This document shows positions 50,191 through 61,789 of a stretch of DNA of 64,000 nucleotides, in pieces; position 1 is the stretch's first letter; every line of letters starts with the position of its first letter. The notes under the pieces are model-generated. The model was given only the letters and a program-made list of their open reading frames with translations. It searched no databases and was not told the origin of the DNA. The DNA is from Callorhinchus milii (lineage: Eukaryota). Both the position numbers and the translations under genes were made by a program. The DNA lies in contig NW_024704742.1 of NCBI RefSeq assembly GCF_018977255.1, positions 64,172,001 through 64,236,000 of the forward strand. Reading direction: 5' to 3'.

Positions 50191-51040
50191 CAGCTCTCGT
50201 TCCTACAAGTTCAAAGAAAGTTCTTGGTTTTGATGCATTAATTTATTGTGTGTGGGTTCAACAAAATTTTTGGATCTTCAATTCTGGAATGTGATCTATA
50301 TCTGTACCACTTTATAAGGCATCAGTGCCAAAGAGACTCCCACATCAAGCACACAGCAGAGAACTGAGAACTGAGAGTATTGGTCACTCATTCTACTGAG
50401 TGTCTGCTTGTGGGACATTGCTTTGCCCAAGTGACTGCCGTGTTCACCCATAAACAGATATTATACAGTATTCAGTTTGAGACATGATATTTGCATGTGA
50501 CTACCAGGATGGTGGATGGACATTTCAGACATCAGCAACAACAATAACAATCTGAATTTCTAACATAAATAATTATTTTGATGTTAAGCTCTTCATGACA
50601 GGAGGAAATCCCAAAGCTCTTCACGGGACATATTGTAAAGTGCAGTGACTGTGTTTTGTGGGTGACCCAGGTGCCAATTTGTGCACAGAAATGTTCCTGC
50701 AAACAGCCATGGAGTGACTGACCAATTTTATTTGGGGGACTATTGGCCAGGACACAAGGAGAAACTCCCTTCTCTTTTCGGGGAGTGACATAGTAACCGC
50801 TGGTCAATTACCATGTAAAAATGTAGAAGACACTGTTGGAATATTGGTCACCCAAACAATGGTTTGAGCCCCATTATATGGCACTGATTTTGTACCCCCA
50901 TCATCTCTCAGAAATATAATTACAAGGGACACATGTATGAGATAGTGACTAGGGGGATCTGAAAGAGAATTTAGAAGAAATTACTTCACGCAGAGTTAGC
51001 AAGACTGGGGAATCAGATAGTATAGATTCAAGAAGAGCTT

Positions 51041-51755
51041 TGTGGGTGTGTGGGGTATAGTGTGTGGGGGGAATATAGTGTGTGTGGGTGGTATAGTATG
51101 TGTGGGGGGGGTATAGTGTGTGTGGGGGGTTATAGTGTGGGTGGGGGAGTTATAGAGTGTGGGGGGTATAATGTGTGTAGGGGATATAGTGTGTGTGGGG
51201 TATAGTGTGTGGGGGGGTACAGCGTGTGTGTGGGGGGTACAGTGTGTGGGGGGGTACAGTGTGTGTGGGGGGTACAGTGTGTGGGGGGGATATAGCGTGT
51301 GGGTGTGGGGGGGATATAGCGTGTGGGTGTGGGGTATAGTGGGTGTGGGGAGAGTATAGTGTGTGTGGGTGGTAGAATGTGTGTGGGGGGTATAGTTTGT
51401 GTGGGGGGAGTATAGTGTGTGTGTGGGGGTATAGCGTGTGGGTGTGGGGTATAGTGTGTATGGGGAGAGTATAGTGTGTGAGGGTGGTAGAATGTGTGTG
51501 GGGGGTATAGTGTGTGTGGGGGAGGGTATTGTGTGTGGGGGGGAGGGTATTGTGTGTGTACGGGGTATAGTGTGTGTGGGAGGGTATAGTGTGTGGGAGG
51601 GGTATAGTTTGTGTGGTGGGGTATAGTGTGTGTGGGGGGGGTACAGTGTGTGTGGGGATACAGTGTGTGTGGGGGGTACAGTGTGTGTGGGGGGGTACAG
51701 TGTGTGTGTGGAGGGTATAATGTATGTGTGGGGTATAGTGTGCGTGTGGGGGTAC
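51041..51755. repeat. GT-rich variable-unit minisatellite ((GT)n-Gn-TATA/TACA)
   Basis: About 700 bp of units such as tatagtgtgtgtggggg of variable length; gives spurious Pro/His/Thr- and Val/Gly/Cys-rich ORFs. Confidence 0.95.
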
Positions 51756-52002
51756 AGATCTGGAAAGGGAACTCAAGAATGTCACAGGAAAAGGGAACCA
51801 TTCATAGCATGGTAGCCAAACAGCTATGTAAACCACAGGTAAAAGTTATGACTGGAGGAAGGCAGATGTTACTACTATTTATACGTCTATCATGGGTAAA
51901 ATTATGGAGACTCTTATTAAGGATCATAGAGCATCTATTTTACTGTTTCCCTTGACTGTGTGACAAGGGAGCTTTGTAAGGGTAAGACTGTGGATGTTGT
52001 AG

Positions 52003-52197
52003 GCTAGGGGGTGGGGGTTAGGGTCCATGGGAGGGAGTGGGGTTAGGGTCCGGGCTGGGGTTAGTGGGCGGGGTTAGGGGTGGGGTCAGGGGTGGGGGGT
52101 ATGGCCCAGAGTGGGGTTAAGGAGTGGGTGTTAGTGGCCTGGGGGAGGGTCCTGGGGGTAGGAGGCGGGTTAGAGGGGCCGGGGTTAGGGGACCCGG
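52003..52197 (+). repeat. G-rich tract with dispersed GGGTTAG(GG) motifs
   Basis: Several ggggttaggg / gggttag units separated by other G runs. Confidence 0.75.
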
Positions 52198-52465
52198 AAA
52201 AACAATTTACATTTACATGTCGGGAAGATGTCCCAAAGCTCTGAAATGAGATGAGGGCGGGTGGGGGGAAAGAAATTTATGGGAGGGAGTAAAGAATGGT
52301 TGAAGACTCACGTAGAGTATAAACACCGGTATGGACTGGTTGGATTGAGTGGCCTATTTCCATTCTGGACATGCATTGTAAACCCTCATTTGTAATTATA
52401 ACCATTTTGCAATACCCCAGTTCAGGTGCTCAGCCCAGCAAGCTGTGTGAGGTGCTTTGGGAAAA

Positions 52466-52958
52466 AACAACAAATTTACATTTGTGTAGCGCCTTTCACA
52501 TGGGGAAGCTATCCCAAGGTTTCGGACCTGAGCTGGGGGTCGGGATCGGTTAGGTTCGAGGACAGTGGGGGAAGGAGGGTGATCGAAGGCACGGTCAAAG
52601 TGGAGGGTCTTGAGATGCATCTTGAAGGAGGCAAAGGAGGGTTGAAGCGGAGGGACTGCGGGTTGGAGTTACAGAGGATGGGGGCAGAGTGGCTCAAGGC
52701 GGTGGCTAATGGTGCGGTGTGCGAGACGGGGGACGTGAAGCAGGCCGGAGCCCACTGAGCGGCGGGAGCAGGCAGGTTGGTAGGGGGTTAGGAGGTCACA
52801 GAGGTAGGGGGGAGGAAGACCATGGAGGGTTTTGAAGGTGGGGACCAGGATCTTGAACTGTTTCCTCTATGTGATGGGAATCCTGTGGAGTCAGGAGAGC
52901 ATGGGGGTAATAGGGTCACGGAGCCTGGTGCGGGAGAGGACGTGGGCTGCAGAGTTTT
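52466..52958 (-). mobile_element. L2 3' fragment
   Basis: Tail aacaacaaatttacatttgtgtagcgcctttcac; matches 33802-34320. Confidence 0.9.
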
Positions 52959-53751
52959 GAACCTCCTGATGTGAAAGGCATGATATAAATATAAAATTGT
53001 ATTAATGGCAACGGTGATTGTAGGATTCAGTGGATTGCTATTTAATATTCACAAATCTCCCACGCCCTCATATTTTACACTTCAATTTCTTCCAAATGTC
53101 CAACCCTTTCCACATAAATGATACCTTTTGCATGATACAGTGAGATTTGGTATCTGTGGCAGTGTACAAAACACAAACATTGTCATCTGTTTGCATTTGT
53201 AATAAATAGTCAACCAACACAATACAGTAATGATGGATTTCATTTTTTTTAAACTAAATTAACCATAAAATGTTTCCCAACCTGCAGCTGTCATCTATCA
53301 TGGTAATTGTACCTCTGTAGGCATTGTTCTTTGATTCGGGACTATTTACTTGCTTTCTTCTGTGAAGCTGTTGCCAAATAGATGAGCAGGTGCCAAATTA
53401 ACTATTGGTTAGAAACCACCCAAAGCACTATAAGGAGTCCATTCAGCCCAGTGCATCTCACAGTCTAAACTGACAATCCAATGCAGTGCTAAAAGTATGC
53501 TGCATTATTGGAGGTGTCATCCTTCGGGTGAGAAGTTAAGCTTAGGTCTTGTCTGCCTGTTCAGGTCGTGATAAGGTGCTATATCAAAATGCAAGATTTA
53601 TTATCATTGTGAAATAAAATCTTTACATTTGATGTAGCAGGAAGGATATCGCGAAGCATTTCATAGATTATTTATCAAGCTTCATATTGTCCAATCACTA
53701 TTAAACTTTTATTGTAATGTTTTTTTGAAATCCAGTTACATTTCTATTTGT

Positions 53752-54084
53752 GGAGTCCTGTAGCTCAGTGGTTAGAGCACTCGCTTTGCAAGTGAGAGAC
53801 CTGAGTTTAATTCCAGGCAGATCAGGGCGAAACCTTGGGCAAGTTTCCTTACTCCACACGCCTAATAATAATCCCTCCAAAAAACCAAAAACAATAATTA
53901 AATTGGTCATTTTCAATCTACGACTGTTTGTGGGACATTGCTGTGCGCAATTGGCTGCCGCGTTCGCCCACAAATATACAGTCAATTCACTTTACAGTGT
54001 GTTCTGTGAAGCGCTTTGGGACGTCCTCCCGACGTGAAAAGCGCTATATCAAATGCAAGGATTATTATTATTATTATTATTATT
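53752..54084 (+). mobile_element. SINE family A, short subtype, young full-length copy
   Basis: Intact D-arm (gctc/gagc), anticodon arm ctcgc-ttTGCaa-gtgag, CpG-rich body and a long perfect (att)n tail. Confidence 0.93.
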
Positions 54085-54360
54085 TCACAGGGAGGATCGC
54101 AAATAGCTGAAATCTGTAATTTCATTTAGAAATTATTACTATTTACCAATTATATATTTTTCTGAAATATTCTGCAGGCAAGTGGTGATATCAGCATGGT
54201 GCCTTGTTAATATCTTAAACCTAGCAACAGTTACAGCCTAAATTGAGGATTTTTACCAAAGAAAAAAAAAGGGTCTTTAGAACAATTGCACAGATTTGTT
54301 AGAATCTGGAGTGAATGCAACAGCACAAATGAATGTTGAAAACAAATCCATAACAACATT

Positions 54361-54790
54361 TTATTTTGGTCAGATGGGTGTCTGACACACGCAGAAACCC
54401 AAACCAAGCTGAGAATTCCATGCATCCCACCCACGCATGGAAATCCCAGAGATAGTTTGTTGGAATGGAATGTGCACTCTCTCCTAGGAGGAATGCATCT
54501 TGCTTAATTAATTCCAGAAAGTATTAGGCACAGGTTGGCAGCAGCCGAGGCTTGGGGACCCCAGAGTGACCAGGGGAGTGTTGGCCAGGACCCTGGGAGA
54601 AATGTTTTTCTCTTATGGATTCCTGCCATGAGCTCTTTAACTGTCTGCCTTGAACATTTTGAAATCCTCCTCCCCATCCCAGTATTGCATTGGAGTATCA
54701 GCCTATGTGAGTTCAAAATCCCCTTGTGGGGCTTGAACCCACTACCTTCCAACTCAGAGGCAAGAGTGCTACCAACCAAGCCAGGCTGAC
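54361..54790 (-). mobile_element. Family B SINE head and 5' body contiguous with a family C 3' module
   Basis: On the minus strand, B head and body (54790-54572) run within a few bases into family C sequence (54567-54361) ending ctgaccaaaataaaa. Confidence 0.65.
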
Positions 54791-55530
54791 ATCAAATAAT
54801 CACATTAACATTTCTATTTAAATCCAGCATTTGTAATATTTAATTACATCTGCCTTGATGAAATTATCATCATGAACATCGGGAAACTGAAGGAAGCTGC
54901 TTGTTCTAGCTTAAAGCATTTCCACAAATCATGTTAGATGATCCTTATCTTTGCAGAGTCCTGATACAGTGCTTTGCTCATAAGATTGCGTGAAATTCTT
55001 CAGGCATCCTGGATCTTGAACAGCTGAATAAATTATAAGACACAACATATTTCCAAAGAGAACATTGAAATTAGACTGTAACTAAGAATACTGTAAGAAC
55101 GTGTAACATAATCAGCTCTATGGAACCCAAACTATATTTGATTTTTTTGTGTCAGATATTTATCACAAATGTTTGGTTTAATTGGAATCTAATATGACAG
55201 AGGGATTCATTAGGAACAAAATACCTAATTTCTAACATACTCATCTTTTGTTTCATCGCTAGACACAGTTCTTTTGCGAGGTGAAAGGTATACTTAGTTA
55301 CTCAGGTTCCATAACTCATGAGAGTCAAAAGTGAAATGAGTTTAGGCATCAGGACAAATACATTACTATTATCAATAACAGTTAGCATTGTATTATTAAT
55401 AATAATAATCCTTGCATTTGATATAGCATCTATAAGATGTCTCAATGCCTTTACAGGATTTACTGTGAATACAGTGTGAACTTTGTAAGCGAACGCAGCA
55501 GCCAATTCATGTACTGCAAGGTGAAGGTAA

Positions 55531-55681
55531 GCGGGGTCTACTTGCAGCTGAACTGCTGGCAATGGAATGTCGGAATCAAGCCCTCTTTGGGGGTCTCATA
55601 GTCCTGTTGCTGATCCAGATGGGTCCATTGCTGATGACAGCACAGCCAGCCTGGCTCATCGGCAGGACTTGGGGGCAGAAG
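55531..55681 (+). repeat. Unnamed repeat family D, dispersed copy
   Basis: Shares agctgaactg, tggcaatggaatgtcggaa and ctgatgacagcacagccagcctggctcatc with the two units at 58734-59160. Confidence 0.8.
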
Positions 55682-55807
55682 TCATCCCACTCAGTTCCTG
55701 TTAACCCTTCAAACCAAAGCCCCAATGGGAAGAGTAGTCCTAGTTGGACAAGCAGCAGGAAAGCTCGCCTGACAGCAATATCAATGGCAAGCTATGCGGG
55801 TTTAGTT

Positions 55808-56984
55808 CTCAGTCTTCACGGTCTTACCCTTGCCTGGTTCAAATCTTACCTTTCCCACTGTTTCCACTTTGTATCAATAAACAGCTTCTCCTCCAGCCCC
55901 CACACCGTCACGTGCAGGGTTCCTCAGTGCTCTGCCCTTGGTACTCTCTTCAATACTTACCTGCTCCCCTTGGTGACATCATCCGCAGACATGGGGTTAA
56001 CTTCCACATATATGTGGAGACACCCTACTCTATCTTTCTGCCTCCACCCTGGACTCCAGGACCACTGCTGTCCTGACAGACTGTTAATCAGGTATCAAGT
56101 CCTAGATTAAAGCTAACTTTCTTCAGTTGAATATCAAAAGACAGAGGTCCTCCTGCTTGGCACCTGTCAGTGCCTCCACACTTTGGTCACTAACAGCAGC
56201 ACATTCATGGATGGATCTACACCTCACCGAGCCAGTACAGAACCTTGGCATCTTGTTTGACTCTCAACTGTCCTTCAAACCCCATATCCATGCCATGACC
56301 TGTTCTGCCTTCTTCTACCTTAACAATATTGCGTGGCTCAGCCACTACCTCCCCCTCAGGCCACCGGGACCCTCATCCATGCATTCATCACATCCCAGTG
56401 CGATTATGCTAACTCCCTGCTTGTCGGTCTTCCTAACTGTTCCCTCCACAAGTTACAGATTATTCAGAACACTGCAAATCATGTCCTCTCCTGTATCAAG
56501 CTTAGTGAACCTATTACCCTCATTCTTACCCGCCTCCACTAGCTCCCCATTCTCCATAGAGAACTCCCTATAGTGTTCAAAATCCTCACTTTCAAAGCAC
56601 TCCACGGCATTACACCTTCTGACCTGCAAACTCCAAATGGACCTGCTTAGCAGACTTTGACATGCTCCGTGTCCTGCTCCCTGCCCGCCCCACCATCAGC
56701 GCTTAGGCCTTCAGTCTTTCTGCCCCCACCCTTTAGAACTTCATTTCATAGTCCTTTCATCTCGCTCCCTCCCTTGCCTCCTTCAAGGCCCATCTCAAGC
56801 CCCTCCTCTTTGACCGCACCTTCGGTCATCCTCCTACCTCCCTACCCTCCTCCCCCAACCTCCCTACCCTCCACCCCTCCTGATCCCAACCCCTAGCTCG
56901 GATGCAAATCCTTGACTGTCCAGCGCCTTGGGATGTCCTCCCGATGTGAAATGCACTATACAAATGTGATTTGTTTTTATTGTT
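55808..56984 (+). mobile_element. L2 3' part (RT to tail), degraded
   Basis: LAWFKSYLS, VPQCSALG, VQNLGILFD and LIHAFITSQCDYANSLL motifs; L2 tail at ~56920-56984. Confidence 0.92.
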
Positions 56985-57087
56985 GAAGCCAGCATCCTGG
57001 CCCTAGTCATCTTTTATGGCAACCTATCGTCAATTACTCTCTGGATAAAGAAATAGTTACTGGTGTCCATCATGAAGGAGTCCTTGT

Positions 57088-57385
57088 GGAGTCCTGTAGC
57101 TTATTGGTTAGAGCACTCGTCTTGCAAGTGAGAGACCTGGATTCGATTCCCAGTTGGGCAAAACCTTGGACAAGTTTCTTTACTCCACACGCCTGATAAT
57201 AATAATCCTTCAAAAAAAAACAATAATAAAATTCGTCACTTCAATCCACGACTGTTTGTGGTGCCGATTGGCTGCCGCATTTCGCCCACAAATATACAGT
57301 CAATTCACTTTACAGTCTATTCTGTGAAGCGCTTTGAGACGACGAGAAGATGTGAAATATGTCAAATGCAAGGATTATTATTATT
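57088..57385 (+). mobile_element. SINE family A, short subtype
   Basis: Head ggagtcctgtagcttattggttagagcactcg through to the (att)n tail. Confidence 0.88.
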
Positions 57386-57824
57386 AATGTTACAATACAG
57401 TAAAATTTATATAATCACACACCTCAGGAGTCTGGAATCGAGATTACTGATGAAACTAGCCTTCCAGTTTATTGGGGGCACTGGGTTCATATGAGTGGAG
57501 GGTGGGAGATATAATGGGTATCATTTCATAGCATAATAAAATAGCCATGAAATGATGTGAGAGTGTTTGCCAACAACAAGAAAATTACATTTGTATAGCG
57601 CCTTTCACGTCAGGAGGATGCCCCAATGTGCTGGACACTCAGTGTTTCGTACCTGAGCTGGGGGTCGGGATTGGGGAGGGTGGGGAGCAGGAGGGGAAGG
57701 AGGGTGACCCAAGGATGCTACTGGTACCAGATGTGAAGGGTGGATTTTCCTTCCTGTTTTTGTCAGGGAAGAAAGCAAGGAGGGAAGCAGGGAGAGGAAA
57801 TTTGGGAGGAAATATGGCTCAGGT

Positions 57825-58001
57825 AGATCTTACTGAAATATTCAAAATTCTAAAGGGTCAGGATATTAAGGGATATGGAGAAAAAGCTGGAAATTGGAAT
57901 TGAAAGGATTAGTTGAGGTACAGATCAGCCATGATCTAATTAAATGGCAGAACAGGCTCGAAGGGCTGAATGGCCTCCTCCTGTTCCTATGTTCCTATGT
58001 T
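57825..58001 (+). mobile_element. CR1 3' end fragment
   Basis: gatcagccatgatctaattaaatggcagaacaggctcgaagggctgaatggcctcctcctg(ttcctatg)2. Confidence 0.85.
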
Positions 58002-58733
58002 TCGCCCACAAAATACACAGTCAATCCACTTTACAATATATTCTGTGAAGTGCTTTGAGACCTCTAATCAAAGTGATAAGGCACTATATCAAATGCAAGG
58101 ATTTTTATTATTATAGATAAACTAAATACAAATAATATACAATGGTTAAAATAGGGAATTGGAGAGTGATTATTCAAACATTTGATTGAATGTACGAATT
58201 ACTGGCCTCCTATAAAATAAATTAATTGATTTCTCACTAAGTGTTCACACACACATTTCCCAGCAGGGATAGGAATCATCAGCTTTGCTTAATGTTCTCC
58301 GCTCTGTAACCAAGACCACTTGTCTCTACGTATCCCCAGCTGGTATCAGTCAACTCGGTACAAAACATGGTCGAGTATGCAACCGTCCAATTCAGAGCAT
58401 CCCACTCACTGAGTCATTGCGCAGCTCATATTGTATTACATGATGAAGCATTGGTGGGTCAGATCCATTGGCAACACACCACGGCCATCTAAAGAAAATC
58501 TAATTAAGTAGTGCAATTCCTCTGCCTGAACAAATGCTTTCGATGGTTCTATCCAGGGGAATGGAAAAAGGCAGGTAAATGAGATTGAATGGATTGCTTT
58601 CACTTTAGAGAAAAAGAAAAAGGCTAGAGAAGAAGCTTTGACACAGTCAGTGAAGTGTATAGGTGTAATCTTGTATAGGTGCCTATTTTGTGAAGACAAT
58701 GAAGAATGACTATATTCGCAGGGGGAGGAGGAG

Positions 58734-59160
58734 TTTGGGGGGAGGCAAATGGGGTGTCTTTGGAGCTCCAAGGTGACACGTTTGGCAATGGAATGTTGGA
58801 ATTGAGCTCATCTTTCGTGGTGGTCTCGGAAGTCTGGTTTCTGAGCCAGGTGGGACCGTCGTATTCCAGGGTACTGCTGATGACAGCACAGCCAACCTGG
58901 CTCATCAGTAGGATTTGGTGCAGCAGTGCACCCCAGCGTGGCCACGGTGCAAGAGCTCCCAATCTTGAAGAAAATTTGGGGAGATCTTGTAACCGGGGTC
59001 TCCTTAGAGCTGAACTGGCTCCAAGGTGACATGCTTGGCAGCGGAATGTCGGAACTGAGCCAGCCCTCTGTGGCGGTAGTCCAGTTCCTGAGCCAGGTGG
59101 GTCCGTGATTCCATATTCCAGGGCTCTGTTGATGACAGCACAGCCAGCCTGGCCTATCTG
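58734..59160 (+). repeat. Unnamed repeat family D, two diverged tandem units (period about 250 bp)
   Basis: gctccaaggtgaca at 58765 and 59018; ctgagccaggtggg and tgatgacagcacagcca in both units. Confidence 0.85.
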
Positions 59161-59549
59161 CATGTGTCAGACACTTGGCTGACCAAAACAAAATGGGATG
59201 ATTGCCTCCATAAAAACTGCAGAAAGATATGAAGAACCTGTCAAGTAATAATGTACAAAATGTGCCAAGTGCAGGTGATTGTTCTAAATGGAGAGAAGAT
59301 TTGTCAAACGAGATGATCATCAGCAGGACGGAGCAGCAAAAAGCAATCTTAGATATGTGCACACACATATTACAACTGCTTTTGAAAAGTACAGTCTAAA
59401 AATATTCTCTGGGGGAACCTTGATGGTTAGAGATTAATCGCTTAGATCGAACCTCCAGGCCAGTTACTAAGTGGTTATTTGTTGGCTGAGGAAAGCCCGA
59501 GATCCACCACCCACCCCCCCACCCCCCCACCAATCAGTTGATAAACAAA

Positions 59550-59968
59550 TAATAATCGTTCCATTTCATGTAGCACCTTTCACATCAGGGGACATCTTAA
59601 AGCACTTCACAGGACTTTACTGTAAAATGTTTTATATGCGATAGTGGCAGCCGACTTTCACACAACAGTGTCTTACAAACAGGGATAAAGTGATTTTAAG
59701 TGTGTGTGTGTGTGTGTGTGTGTGTGGTGGGGGAGGGACAGGAGAAAGTCCCTTCAATTTTTGAATAGTGCCACAGGATCTTTAGCATTCACATGAACAG
59801 GCAGACAGGACTTCACTTTTACATTTGATCCGACACCACCTCAAACAATGCAACATTCACCAAGCACTGCATTGGAGTGCCAGCTAAACTATGTAGGTTT
59901 CAAGTCCTGACATCGGACCTCAACATTTTAATTCAAAGGTGAGAGTTCTACCACTGAGCCAGGTTGAC
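59550..59968 (-). mobile_element. SINE family B containing a (TG)n microsatellite at ~59699-59725
   Basis: Tail at the left end; head ctaccactgagccaggttgaca at the right end. Confidence 0.8.
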
Positions 59969-59980
59969 ACCTAAAGTAAG

Positions 59981-60156
59981 AAAAACAGAAGTCGCTGGGA
60001 ACACTCAGCAGGTCAGGCAGCATCTATGGAGAATGAAGGCTCGTGGACCCGAAACGTTGACTCACTTCCCTTTCTCCATAGATGCTGCTTTACCTGCTGG
60101 GTGCTCCCATGGACTTCTGTTCACATTTCCAACATCTGCAGTATTTTGTGTTTTGT
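59981..60156. mobile_element. Penelope-like-element-derived palindromic repeat (shark type) with a hammerhead remnant
   Basis: 49-bp arms 59985-60033 and 60072-60120 (43 of 49 Watson-Crick) containing cagcaggtcaggcagcatct; spacer TGAAGGCTCgtgGACCCGAAAC; 3' extension atttccaacatctgcagtatttt. Confidence 0.75.
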
Positions 60157-60862
60157 ACCTAAACTAAGGAAGCTGATCAAGCATGAACAAAATATATAAA
60201 AATAGACAGCAAATAAATAGCACATGCCTGGATCTCCAAAACAGAGAAAATGTGTGGAGTCTTCTAACGGATGATAGTTTGCTGATTTTCTTAAGGAATG
60301 TACCACGTTTTATTCCCACTATTAAATAGTTCAGTGTTGCCATTGCAGGTCTCCTCCTCTGTTATTCCTGAGACAACATTTGTAGATAGGCTGTGCATGT
60401 CCCAGAACAGCCCTCATCACTTGATGGAACTGATCTAGACTTGGAAAAAGGAGAGAGGTGGCTTGTGCTGTGGTGCAACCTGATGGAATGCCAACATGTT
60501 ATGAAGGATGTATATAGTATATGGGTTCAGGTACATGGTTGCTCACACAATGAGCTCAGCTATATTGTCAGGAAATACAATGCAACACAATTTACATTTA
60601 TACAGTGCATTCTCATCTAGGAACTTCTCAAATTGTTGGGAATATCATCAATAAAAGCAGCTTGCATTTTCCAAGTTCAGTTTGTAATAATAATAATCCT
60701 TATATTTGAGATGGCCAGAAGGATATCTCAGAGCACTTCATGGGATATTGCTCATAGTCACTGTATGAGTAATCCAACTCAAACCCTAACCTAGTGAGAG
60801 CCTAATCCCACTCATCTGTTCTTTTCCCATAGCCCTGCAAACTTGTCCTCCCCAAATAATTA

Positions 60863-60997
60863 TCTTGAGTCAGAAGGTTGTGGGTTCAAGCTCCATGTTA
60901 GTACTTTAAGCTCACAGTCTTGGTCTGTGACAGTCTAACTGTGAGCTAAAAGCTGACATGAGCTTGAACACAAAACCCACAATCTTCTAACTCAAGA
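60863..60997. repeat. Imperfect inverted repeat built from family B SINE head sequence
   Basis: 60863-60918 pairs with 60938-60997 across a 19-nt spacer. Confidence 0.8.
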
Positions 60998-61099
60998 GGT
61001 AAAAGTGCGCCGACTGAGCCAGGCAGATAATAACAGCTAGTGTAAAGATCCAGTTCCTAATTGTCACCGATTCTTTGCTCAGCTAATATTCATTAAGTC

Positions 61100-61442
61100 A
61101 AGCCTTCCTCTTCTGAAACCTCCCCGACCTCCTCACTCTCCAATACATCAGAGTTCAATGGCACCGGCCTCCTGCTCGTCCCTCGCACCCTCAGCCCCAC
61201 CAACGGAGGTCGCGCCATCAGCCATTACACCCCGAAACTCTGGAACACTCTCCCTCAATCCCTCTGCCTTGCCCCCTCTTTCCCCTCTTTCAAGTCCCGC
61301 CAGAAAACTTTCCTCTTCGACGGTGCTTGCGGCCACCTTCCTCCTCCCCCCCACCCAGCTCGGAGTAAGGCTCCGCAACTGTTAAGCGCTCTGAGACACT
61401 GCCCTGCATGGAGAGTGCTATAAAAGTGCAAGTTGTTGTTGG
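61100..61442 (+). mobile_element. Older L2 subfamily 3' end
   Basis: ccgaaactctggaacactctccctcaat...gcgctctgagacactgccctgcatggagagtgctataaaagtgcaagt(tgt)n. Confidence 0.8.
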
Positions 61443-61775
61443 TGGTGTTGGTTTGAATCATGATCTTGTCCCTTTGACTAGATTAGGTGCCTTTTCCTTT
61501 TACAATATTTACAAATAATAATAAAGGCTGCTGCTATTATAAGGCCGCATTAATGTCTGACAGAAATCTTTCCCAGCCTTGCTCTCTCGCTGTGAAATTG
61601 CAAATTTCTCACTTTCAGCTTGTTCTATCAGTAAAACACTTTTAAGAGTGACTCATTCTTTAATGATACTCCAATATGCCAGCACCTAAAAGTACTCAGC
61701 AAAACAATTGAGAAAGGCAAGCTTTCCAAATTGGTCTTATTGCAAACAATCAAACTTACATTGTGAAATAAAACT

Positions 61776-61789
61776 GTTACTATGGAAAC
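61776..61789. promoter_or_regulatory. RFX X-box motif
   Basis: GTTACTATGGAAAC in non-repeat AT-rich sequence. Motif match only. Confidence 0.4.

Noticed and set aside
51130..51955. Pro/His/Thr/Tyr-rich and Val/Gly/Cys-rich ORFs of up to 228 aa
   Set aside because: Translations of the GT-rich minisatellite, open in several frames on both strands.
58624..59368. Overlapping 179- and 186-aa minus-strand ORFs with internal repeats
   Set aside because: They arise from the two GC-rich family D units, whose shared blocks fall in different frames; no coding signal.
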